A DNA stretch of 64,000 nucleotides. It comes from an uncultured beta proteobacterium. Its GTDB lineage: Bacteria > Pseudomonadota > Gammaproteobacteria > Burkholderiales > SG8-41. The stretch's first letter is position 1; the number at the start of each line of letters is the position of its first letter. Both the position numbers and the translations under genes were made by a program. The stretch covers positions 59,578-123,577 of the forward strand of contig CAWHFX010000017.1 in the NCBI GenBank assembly GCA_963828715.1, in the 5' to 3' direction. Positions 49,530 to 57,846 of this stretch are shown one piece after another. The notes under the pieces are model-generated. The model was not told where the DNA came from and made no database searches. It saw nothing but the letters and a program-made list of their open reading frames with translations.

Positions 49530-50723
49530 ATGGAAGCGATTTTCATCGTCAACGAAGAGCAAAGAGCGATCCTCGAAACCGTAAAGCGCTTCGTCGACGA
49601 GGAGGTGAGGCCGCGCGCGGCGAAGCTCGATGCCGATCCCGATCCTGCCGCGGGCTTTTCGTGGGAGATCGTCGAGAAGGCGCACGAGCTCGGTATCCGG
49701 ACGATGACGCTCTCGGAGAAGTGGGGCGGCCTCGGCACCGATTCGCTCACGACCTCCATGGTGATCGAGGAGCTTGCGAAAGGTGACATCGGCGTATCGG
49801 TGATCTTCGCGCAGACACTGAAGATCGCGCAGATCATGGAGAAAGCGTTCAGCGCGGAGCAGCAGTCCCGCGTGCTGCCGAAATTCGCGAAGGATCCGCG
49901 CGGCATGCTTGCGATCGGCATCACCGAGCCCGACAACGCGTCGAATTACTTCCTGCCGCACCCGACACCGTTCCGGACCACAGCTACGAAAGCGCGGGGC
50001 GGCTGGGTGGTCAACGGCATGAAACATTTCATCTCGAACGGCAACCGTGCGAGCTTCTATCTTCTTTTCGTGCAGACCGAGCGCGGCAAGCCGCTGGCCG
50101 AAGGATCGACGTGCTTCCTCGTCGAACGTGACCGGCCCGGCTTTACCATCGGCCGCGTGCACGACAAGATGGGTGAGCGTCTCGCCAACAACGCCGAGCT
50201 CGTATTCCAGGACTGCTTCATCCCGGACGAGAACGTTGTCGGTGAAGTGAGTCGCGGCTTCAACGTGCTGGCCAATTTCTTTCCGCAAAGCAACGCCTAC
50301 GCGGGCGCGACCGTGATCGGCGTCGCGGAGGCGCTCTTCGGTAAATCCCTCGAGTGGGCGTGCGTGCGCGTGCAGGGCGGAAAACCGCTGATCGAACATG
50401 GCGAGATCCGCGCGCAGCTCGCGGAGATGCGCATGCTGATCGATGCCTCGCGCTCTTACATTCACCGCGCATGCTGGCTCGCCGATCACCGCGAGCATGC
50501 GTGGGACAAGACGCTCGGCGCGCTGCCGAAAGCGATGGCGGCGCAGGCGTGCTGGAAGATCGCCACCTGGACGATGGAGATTCACGGCGGTCATGGCTAC
50601 ATGAAGGAGTTCGGGGTCGAGAAGCTGCTGCGTGATGCGGCTGCGTTCCTGCATTCGGACGGCGTGAACCGGACATTGTTTTTGAAGGCTGCGAATTTCA
50701 TGTTCGCCGACGTCATCGGGTAG
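49530..50723 (+). CDS. Acyl-CoA dehydrogenase family protein
   Basis: ITEP, NG.K.FISNG, KMG.R, R.QGGKPL, IHGG.GY.KE..VEKL.RDA. Confidence 0.92.
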   Translation: MEAIFIVNEEQRAILETVKRFVDEEVRPRAAKLDADPDPAAGFSWEIVEKAHELGIRTMTLSEKWGGLGTDSLTTSMVIEELAKGDIGVSVIFAQTLKIAQIMEKAFSAEQQSRVLPKFAKDPRGMLAIGITEPDNASNYFLPHPTPFRTTATKARGGWVVNGMKHFISNGNRASFYLLFVQTERGKPLAEGSTCFLVERDRPGFTIGRVHDKMGERLANNAELVFQDCFIPDENVVGEVSRGFNVLANFFPQSNAYAGATVIGVAEALFGKSLEWACVRVQGGKPLIEHGEIRAQLAEMRMLIDASRSYIHRACWLADHREHAWDKTLGALPKAMAAQACWKIATWTMEIHGGHGYMKEFGVEKLLRDAAAFLHSDGVNRTLFLKAANFMFADVIG

Positions 50724-50728
50724 AGCCT

Positions 50729-51763
50729 ATGAGAGCGCTCCTGCTGAGAGGGCCGAATCGGCCCTTCGACCTCGTCGACATGCCGGATCCGGTTGCCGGA
50801 CCGGGCGAGGCGGTGGCACGCGTGCTCACGTGCGGCTCGGGGCTCACGATCCAGCATATCAAGGCAGGCCGCATTGCCGCGCGCTTTCCCACCATTATCG
50901 GTCACGAGATCACGGCGGAGATTGTCGAGGTGGGCGCGGGGGTAACCGCAGTCAAGGAAGGTGACGCGGTCACCTCGTACTACTATCTCAATTGCGGTCA
51001 CTGCCGGTGGTGCTATGCCAATCTCGAGCCGCTGTGCGAAAACTCGGGCGGCAATGTCGGTATCACCTGCGATGGCGGCTATGCCGAGTACATCAAGCTG
51101 CCCGCGCACCTCTTCATCAAATTTCCGGCAAGCCTCGACTACAAAGCGCATCCGGCCGAGTGCGGCGTCGTCATGGATGCGCTCGCGACGCCGTACAAAG
51201 TTCTGAGACGGGCATCCGTCGCTGCCGGCGATACCGTTGCAGTGATCGGCGCGGGCGGCGGTGTCGGCATTCATCAGGTGATGATGGCGAAGTGGGCGCA
51301 TGCGCGCGTGATCGCCGTCGATACGGTGCGCGCCAAGTTCGACGCCTGCCGAAAAGCCGGTGCAGACGAGGTCGTCGATGCGTCCGACGGCAGGACCGCG
51401 GAGGCGCTGCTCGATCTCACACGCGGCCAGGGTGTCGACGTCGTGATCGACTACGTGTCCACCGCAGCCACGCTCGAAGCGGGCGCGAAAGCACTCGGCA
51501 GACGCGGTCGTCTCGTGACGCTTGGCGGTGCCGGCCAGTCCTTCAACGTCTCGGCCCGCGAGATGCTGCTGAAAGAACAATCGTTGCTGGGCAGCCGTTA
51601 CGTCACACGCGCGGAGATCGTGGAAACACTCGACCTCGTCGCCCGACGTGATGTGTGGCCGCTCGTGACCGAAGTTCGTCCACTCGAGGAAGCCGAGATC
51701 GTGCACGAAAAAGTGGAGCGCGGCGAAGTGATCGGGCGCGCGGCGCTGACGATCGCTGTGTAG
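50729..51763 (+). CDS. Medium-chain (alcohol) dehydrogenase with atypical catalytic Zn site
   Basis: GHE and structural CGHCRWC...C present; CGSGLT in place of G.CHxD. Confidence 0.85.
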   Translation: MRALLLRGPNRPFDLVDMPDPVAGPGEAVARVLTCGSGLTIQHIKAGRIAARFPTIIGHEITAEIVEVGAGVTAVKEGDAVTSYYYLNCGHCRWCYANLEPLCENSGGNVGITCDGGYAEYIKLPAHLFIKFPASLDYKAHPAECGVVMDALATPYKVLRRASVAAGDTVAVIGAGGGVGIHQVMMAKWAHARVIAVDTVRAKFDACRKAGADEVVDASDGRTAEALLDLTRGQGVDVVIDYVSTAATLEAGAKALGRRGRLVTLGGAGQSFNVSAREMLLKEQSLLGSRYVTRAEIVETLDLVARRDVWPLVTEVRPLEEAEIVHEKVERGEVIGRAALTIAV

Positions 51764-51827
51764 CGCGATCCTGAAGCGCGATCGCAAACCCGACTCAAAG
51801 CGAAAGGGCGGGAGCAAAGGAGGGCGG

Positions 51828-52809
51828 ATGGGGCACGTCGTACGGACGGCATTTGCGGCATTGGCCGCGCTCGTGGTCCCGTGTGCGACCCTGGCGCAGG
51901 ATTATCCGAAAAAGCCGATGCTGGTGATCCTGCCGATGCAGTCCGCAAGCGCATCGGATGTCATGGTGCGACTGGTCGCGCAGCGCATGGCGGAGAACAT
52001 GAAGCAGCAGACCGTCATCGTCAACATGCCGGGTGCGGCTGGACTGATCGGCACAGAGCGTATTGCGCGTGCGGCTGCCGACGGCTACACGATCGGCGGT
52101 TTGAACGACGGGCTGCTCACCCAGATCCCGTATCTGTATCAGAAGGTGCCGTACGATCCGGTCAGGAGTTTCGATCCCGTGTCGATGGTGGCGGCGGTCA
52201 CGTACGTGCTGATCGTGCACCCCTCGGTACCGGCGAAGTCGCTGAAAGAGCTGATCGCGCTCGCCAGATCGCAGCCGGGCAGGATCGACTTCGCATCCGG
52301 CGGCGTGGGCAACGCGCAGCACTTCGCGATGGAGCTCTTCAATCGTGCAAGCGGTGCGTCGTTCGGCCACGTCCCGTATCGCGGCGCGACTGCGGCGGGA
52401 CTCGACGTTATCGGCGGGCGTGTTCCCGCCATGTTCTCAAGCATTGCCGTGCCACTGCCCGCGATCAAGGAGGGCCGCCTTCGCGCGCTCGCCGTGCCGA
52501 GCGAGAAGCGCTCACCCCTTCTGCCGGATACGCCGACGTTCCAGGAAGCCGGCGTGCCGAACTTCGTCTTCTTCACGTACACGGCGCTCTACGTTCCGGC
52601 CGGCACACCGAAGCCGATCGTGCAGCGCCTGAATGACGAGGCTGCAAAAGCGTTGAGCGATCCGGCGGTGAAGGGAGCGTCTGCTCGGGCTCGGTCTCGA
52701 GCCCGCCAGCTCCACGCCGGAGCAGCTCGGCCGCCTGATCGAATCCGATCGCGCAAAGATGATCAAGGTCATCAAGGAAGCGAACATCCACATCGAGCCG
52801 GAGAAATAG
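51828..52809 (+). CDS. Bug/TctC substrate-binding protein, frameshifted at ~52674
   Basis: DGYT, YDPV..F.PV, HVPYRG; deleting one G in AAGGGAG restores KERLLGLGLEP...IEPEK*. Confidence 0.88.
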
Positions 52810-52822
52810 GAGTCGACAGCAC

Positions 52823-53548
52823 ATGGACACGGGAATATGGGCCACCTGGTACAACCTCGCTGACGACACGCGCGACGCGTATCTCGAATGGGCCCACGGC
52901 ACGTACCTGCCATTTCTCAAACAGTTGCCCGGATATGCCTGGGTCGCGCACTATCGGCACGAAGGGGGCGGGCCGAAAATGAAGCGCGTCGAAGAGACGG
53001 TCGTCGGCCATACGGACGAAGACATCGGCGCCGGCTATCAGTATGTGATGCTCGTCGGCGCACCGTCGGCGCACACGTTCTTTCATCCCGCGTTGTCTGA
53101 AATCGAGCTCCCGGATTCGTTCAGGGAGAGGCTCGCCTTGCGGCAGGGGGTGCGCACTGCGATCTTCACCGAAGAGGCACGTGTAAGCGGTCCGGCGGCG
53201 GCGCAGGCGAGTCCCGGTTCGACACCCGGGCCCTATATCCAGATGGGAAGCTTCCGCATGCGCTCGCCGGAGTTGGAGTTCGACCTCGGCCGCTGGTATG
53301 CACAATTCCGGCTGCCGTACATGGCGCAGATGCCGGGTTGTCTGCGCACGCGCAAGCTGATCTGTGTCGCGGGGTGGGCGAAGCATGCGGTGCTCTACGA
53401 GTTCGAATCGGCCGAGATGCGGCTCAGGCACTTCGAAGAGCCGCACGAGTCGCTTTCACTCGACAAAACGCATTGGAGCTCTCAGATCACCGGGAACACC
53501 GTGCACACGCCGGGCTCGCCGACGATTGGGCCCAGGATATATCCTTAG
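52823..53548 (+). CDS. Conserved hypothetical protein with two EthD-like alpha/beta modules
   Basis: AGGAG RBS; repeated W.....LP...(Q)(L/M)PG pattern; LYEFES. Confidence 0.7.
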   Translation: MDTGIWATWYNLADDTRDAYLEWAHGTYLPFLKQLPGYAWVAHYRHEGGGPKMKRVEETVVGHTDEDIGAGYQYVMLVGAPSAHTFFHPALSEIELPDSFRERLALRQGVRTAIFTEEARVSGPAAAQASPGSTPGPYIQMGSFRMRSPELEFDLGRWYAQFRLPYMAQMPGCLRTRKLICVAGWAKHAVLYEFESAEMRLRHFEEPHESLSLDKTHWSSQITGNTVHTPGSPTIGPRIYP

Positions 53549-53565
53549 TAGGACCACCGCCATTC

Positions 53566-53822
53566 GGTGAGCGGGGACTGCGGAGCAGAGGGGTCCCCGC
53601 GAACGAAACATTCCAGCGTCGTTAACACTCCCGTCCGAGAGTACGAGGCTCAGGAAGGTGGGTGAGTGGGGGCCTCGAAGAGGCGGGGTCCCCGCGAACG
53701 AATCATTCCGGCGCCATTTAGCACTCTCGTCCGAGAGTACGAGGCTCAGGAAGATGGGTGAGTGGGGGCCTCGAAGAGGCGGGGTCCACGCGCGCGTGAT
53801 CGGCCAGCGCACTCTCGTCCAA
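53566..53822 (+). repeat. 95-bp element, tandem array (units start 53566, 53661, 53757; third internally deleted)
   Basis: Periods of 95 and 96; shared CGTCCGAGAGTACGAGGCTCAGGAAG.TGGGTGAG. Confidence 0.92.
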
Positions 53823-53843
53823 AAGCGCGGACTTCACCGTCCC

Positions 53844-55448
53844 TCACGCCGAATCCTGCAGGATCATGTCGGCGCCTTTTTCGCCGATCATGATCGTCGG
53901 CGCGTTGGTATTGCCCGAGATGAGCGCGGGCATGATCGACGCGTCCACCACACGCAGGCCGTCGAAGCCGCGAACGCGCAGCCGCTCGTCGACGACGGCG
54001 TCGCGATCGACGCCCATGCGGCACGTGCTCACGGGGTGATAGCTGATGCCGCCGCGTGTGCGCACGTATTCGCGCCATTCGTCGTCACTGCCCGGCACCG
54101 CAGGCGGATCGTACGCGCGTTTGACGTAACGCCGCATCGCGGATGAATCGACGATCGCCTGCGCGGCCTTCATGCCCTCGACGAGCACGTTGCGGTCCTT
54201 CTCCGTCGCAAGATAGTTGGGTCTGATTTCCGGCGGCTCGAGCGGATCGGCGCTTTTCAGGAGCACGGTGCCGCGGCTCTGAGGCCGCAGCAGCCGCACG
54301 AGAATCGTGAAGCCGGGAAAGCGGTGGAGGCCGTCTCCGAACTTGTCGGCGCTGAAGAGAACGAGACCGATCTGAACGTCGGGCCGTTCGGTCTGCGGAT
54401 CGGTGGAGACGAACCCAGCGGCATACGACGCGCCCATCGTGAGGAAGCCCTTGCGGAACAGAAGGTAGCGCAACCCTTCGCGCGCACCGCGGATGTAGTT
54501 GTGCACGACGTCGTTCAGCGTGAACCGCTTCGTGCTCTCGAGGACGAGTCGCCCGTTGTAGTGATCCTGGAGGTCGGCGCCGATGCCCGGCATGTCGGCG
54601 CGCACGGCAATGCCGAGCTTCCTCAGCAGCTCGGCAGGGCCAATGCCGGAAAGCTGCAGGAGTTGCGGTGAATTGAATGCGCCCGCAGCGAGAATCACCT
54701 CACGTTGGGCGAACGCCATGCGGCGCGCGCCGTTCTGCAGATACTCCACCCCGACCGCGCGTTTGCCTGAAAACACGATTCGGGTCGCGTGCGCGCCGGT
54801 CGCGATCGAGAGATTGGCACGGTCGCGCGCCGGTCGCAGATAGCCGACCGCAGTGCTGTTGCGCCGGCCTTTCTTCAGTGTGACCTGGATGTAGCCGAAT
54901 CCCGCCTGCGTGGCACCGTTGAAATCGGGGTTGCGTGGATAGCCGCATTCTTCGGCGGCGTCGAAGAATGCTTCACACAATGGATGCGGACCCGACGGAT
55001 CCGACACGCACAGCGGCCCGCCGACGCCGTGGTACTCGTCAGCACCGCGCTGGTTGTTCTCGGCCTTGCGGAAATAGGGGAGCACGTCCGCATAACCCCA
55101 GCCCACGTTGCCGAGATCGCGCCAGTGATCGTAGTCCTCGCGCTGGCCGCGGATGTACACGAGGCCGTTGATCGAGCTCGTGCCGCCGAGCACCTTGCCG
55201 CGCGGCTGCGCGATACGCCGGTTGCCGCTGTTTTCATCGGCTTCGCTCGTATAGAGCCAGTTGACTTTCGGATTGCCGAAATGCTTGCCGTAGCCAAGCG
55301 GTATGTGAATCCACGGATCGCGGTCTTCACCGCCGGCTTCGAGCAGCAGCACGCGGTGCTGCTGCGATGCGCTGAGGCGATTTGCGAGAACGCATCCGGC
55401 GCTTCCCGCGCCGACGACGATGTAATCGTACTCCGCTTTCCTCGCCAT
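53844..55448 (-). CDS. GMC oxidoreductase (choline dehydrogenase-like)
   Basis: [32 protein letters not shown]...[14 protein letters not shown]....GNTN. Confidence 0.93.
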   Translation of the reverse strand: MARKAEYDYIVVGAGSAGCVLANRLSASQQHRVLLLEAGGEDRDPWIHIPLGYGKHFGNPKVNWLYTSEADENSGNRRIAQPRGKVLGGTSSINGLVYIRGQREDYDHWRDLGNVGWGYADVLPYFRKAENNQRGADEYHGVGGPLCVSDPSGPHPLCEAFFDAAEECGYPRNPDFNGATQAGFGYIQVTLKKGRRNSTAVGYLRPARDRANLSIATGAHATRIVFSGKRAVGVEYLQNGARRMAFAQREVILAAGAFNSPQLLQLSGIGPAELLRKLGIAVRADMPGIGADLQDHYNGRLVLESTKRFTLNDVVHNYIRGAREGLRYLLFRKGFLTMGASYAAGFVSTDPQTERPDVQIGLVLFSADKFGDGLHRFPGFTILVRLLRPQSRGTVLLKSADPLEPPEIRPNYLATEKDRNVLVEGMKAAQAIVDSSAMRRYVKRAYDPPAVPGSDDEWREYVRTRGGISYHPVSTCRMGVDRDAVVDERLRVRGFDGLRVVDASIMPALISGNTNAPTIMIGEKGADMILQDSA

Positions 55449-55514
55449 CTGGCCTTGTACTCCTCGAGCGCTTAAGCTTGCGTCAACTATGACACGTCTT
55501 CCGGGAGGAGAGGA

Positions 55515-56480
55515 ATGGTCTTGCGCATGATGTTGATCGGCGCGTCCATTGCATTGGCCACGGCCGCCGTGCAGGCCGCGGATGCGTATCCGGAGAAGCC
55601 CGTGCGCTTCGTGGTGCCGTTTCCTCCCGGCGGCGGCACGGACGGTTTCGCTCGCATTCTCGGCAGCAAGCTCACCGAGTTCTGGAACCAGCAGATCATC
55701 ATCGACAGTCGCGCCGGTGCGCAGGGCAGCGTCGGGACGGCGATCGGCGCCAAGGCTGCGCCGGACGGCTATACGCTCGTGCTCGCGCACTCCGGTTCCC
55801 TCGCGATCAATCCGCATCTCTACAGCAATCCCGGCTACGACACGCTCAGGGACTTCACTCCGGTATCGGGCGGCGTGAGCATGCCGTTCATCCTGGTCGT
55901 GCATCCGTCGGTGCCGGTGACCACGACAAAGGAGCTCGCGGCGCTCGCCCGTCAGAACCCGGGCAACCTCAGCTTTGCCTCCACGTCGGCCGGTCCGTGG
56001 GTCGTCGGCGAGCTGTTCAAGCTCACCACGAAGACCGACATGCTGCACGTGCCTTACAAGGGCGCCGGGCCGGCCATCATCGACCTGCTCACCGGCTATA
56101 TAACGATCATGTTCAGCGTGCCCTTCGCGTCGGTGCCGCACGTGAGCAGCGGCAAGCTGCGCGCGCTGACGATCTTCGGCGCCAAGCGCATCGAAGCGAT
56201 GCCGGACGTGCCGACTGCAGTGGAGGCGGGCTATCCCGAGCTGGGGAATGTGACGGAGTGGTACGGCGTCGTCGTTCCATCCGCCACTCCGCGCGACATC
56301 GTGGCGAAACTCAACGGCGCGGTCGTGAAGGCGCTGAGCGCGCCCGATGCGCAGAAGCGCATCGCTGCGATCGGGCAGTATCCCCAGCCGACCACGCCCG
56401 CGGAGTTCGGCCAGATCATCAAGGATGATTACGAACGCTGGGGCCGGGTGGTGAAGCAGGCGAACCTGAAGATCGAGTGA
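55515..56480 (+). CDS. Bug/TctC substrate-binding protein
   Basis: YPEKPVR.VVPFPPGGGTD, APDGYT, HVPYKG. Confidence 0.93.
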   Translation: MVLRMMLIGASIALATAAVQAADAYPEKPVRFVVPFPPGGGTDGFARILGSKLTEFWNQQIIIDSRAGAQGSVGTAIGAKAAPDGYTLVLAHSGSLAINPHLYSNPGYDTLRDFTPVSGGVSMPFILVVHPSVPVTTTKELAALARQNPGNLSFASTSAGPWVVGELFKLTTKTDMLHVPYKGAGPAIIDLLTGYITIMFSVPFASVPHVSSGKLRALTIFGAKRIEAMPDVPTAVEAGYPELGNVTEWYGVVVPSATPRDIVAKLNGAVVKALSAPDAQKRIAAIGQYPQPTTPAEFGQIIKDDYERWGRVVKQANLKIE

Positions 56481-56672
56481 CGGGAAGCGGGGAGTCTGGG
56501 CGAGCCACCGCCGGCGCAAGCACGCATGCAGCGATAACGGCGGCTCTCAAGGTTCGCATGATCCGAAAGCGCGTTAGCGTACAGACAAAAGACCGATCAA
56601 GTGCGTAGTGTCTCAGGGAAGACCCGGTAGAGTCAGCTTGATTCGCAAGTGTTGGCAAAAAAGGAGCGCCTC

Positions 56673-57110
56673 ATGATCGATACCCGCACGGCACCCTATG
56701 CCGCACTCGTGCTGCGGCTTTCGCTTTCATTCCTGTTTTTCGCGCATCTGTACCGGAAGTTTCAGGTGATGGGTTTCGACACGTGGTGGAGCGGCATGGA
56801 AAAGGCGGGCTATGCGGACTGGGTGATCTATTACACCCTGGCAGCGGAGTTTGCGGGCGCCATATTGCTCTTGCTTGGGGTCTATTCGCGATATGTAAGC
56901 ATTCTCGTACTTCCAGTGATGATAGCGATCGTGTACCACCAGGCCACTCGCAAAGGCTTCTGGTTTTCGGATGGAGGCGCCGAGTTTCCCCTCGCGTGGA
57001 CCTTCATTCTTTGTGCGCAGGCATTGCTGGGTGACGGCAAGTATGCATTGCGAGTACCGGCGATGCCGTGGAATCGGACCCCGCGAGCGCTCGTCGCTGC
57101 GAAGGCCTAG
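56673..57110 (+). CDS. DoxX family membrane protein
   Basis: LVLR......F.AH...K, E..G..LL.LG...R, GG.EFP, LLGDG.YAL. Confidence 0.88.
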   Translation: MIDTRTAPYAALVLRLSLSFLFFAHLYRKFQVMGFDTWWSGMEKAGYADWVIYYTLAAEFAGAILLLLGVYSRYVSILVLPVMIAIVYHQATRKGFWFSDGGAEFPLAWTFILCAQALLGDGKYALRVPAMPWNRTPRALVAAKA

Positions 57111-57180
57111 CTAGGGCTGCTCCTCAGGGTGAACGGGAGTCGATCGGTGCGGCGCGATCGATCGCTTACAGTACCGTCGC

Positions 57181-57432
57181 ATGAACAAACCTCGCGACGC
57201 CGGCGCAAGCGTGCCCGCCGATCTGCACTTCCTCACGCTTGCCCAGGCGAGTCGCCTGCTCGAAACCAAAGCGCTTTCGCCGGTGGATTACGTGACTGCG
57301 CTCATCGCGCGCATCGATGCGCTCGACGGCCAGTTGAACGCGTTCATCACGCGGACGAACGATCTCGCATTGAAGCAGGCGCGAATCGCGGACAACGAGA
57401 TCGCGAGCGGCCGTTATCGCGGTCCGCTGCAT
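57181..57432 (+). pseudogene. Amidase (GatA-like) N-terminal fragment, truncated
   Basis: LSPV......ARI...D..LNAF......AL.QA..AD.EI..G.YRGPLH, then homology stops before the catalytic G.P...KD. Confidence 0.8.
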
Positions 57433-57458
57433 TCCATAAAGCCGAGGCGTCCACGGGA

Positions 57459-57542
57459 ATGTCCGCTTCGAGAAACACGACTGACCGCAATGGGTCGTCA
57501 GTTGCCTATCCTCAAGTGCTGAAGTCGGCCACAAGCGGACAT
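57459..57542. repeat. Nested inverted-repeat element at the insertion junction
   Basis: ATGTCCGCTT (57459-68) / AAGCGGACAT (57533-42); inner ACTGAC/GTCAGT around CGCAATGGGTC. Confidence 0.65.
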
Positions 57543-57846
57543 CGGCTGTTACGTTCAAAATGACGATAGATCGACGACACCGGCGTTGTCACGCTGATAC
57601 AACGCTTTGACTCGTCCGCCAACTTGAACATCCTTCTGCATGGTCGGATGTCGCGCTCACCTCAAAAGCGCCTGGCCCGACGACACCACGCATATGGAGA
57701 TGTCGCCGCCCGATGGCGCCGCGGCCTGCGGCTCGGCATCGCTTGCGCGGGTGGGTGTGCCAACCACGGCCGCTACTGGCGCTGAAACGAGAGCAGCGGC
57801 GCAGCCCCGGCCAATCGTCCAACACCACAACGAACGGGACCAGGAA

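Noticed and set aside
52670-52680. Programmed frameshifting or phase variation at broken genes
   Set aside because: Runs are only 2-3 nt with no slippery heptamers; the pattern fits sequencing error.
53456-53812. ORFs with repeated LV.SDES...SFAGT peptides (also 30438..32054 and the 5' extensions at 14043..15230 and 43930..44877)
   Set aside because: These are translations of the DNA repeat; unit lengths of 94-96 bp do not keep frame and there is no RBS.
53844-56519. 891-aa GMC fusion ORF
   Set aside because: The N-terminal part is the antisense shadow of the Bug gene at 55515-56480; the real start is 55448.
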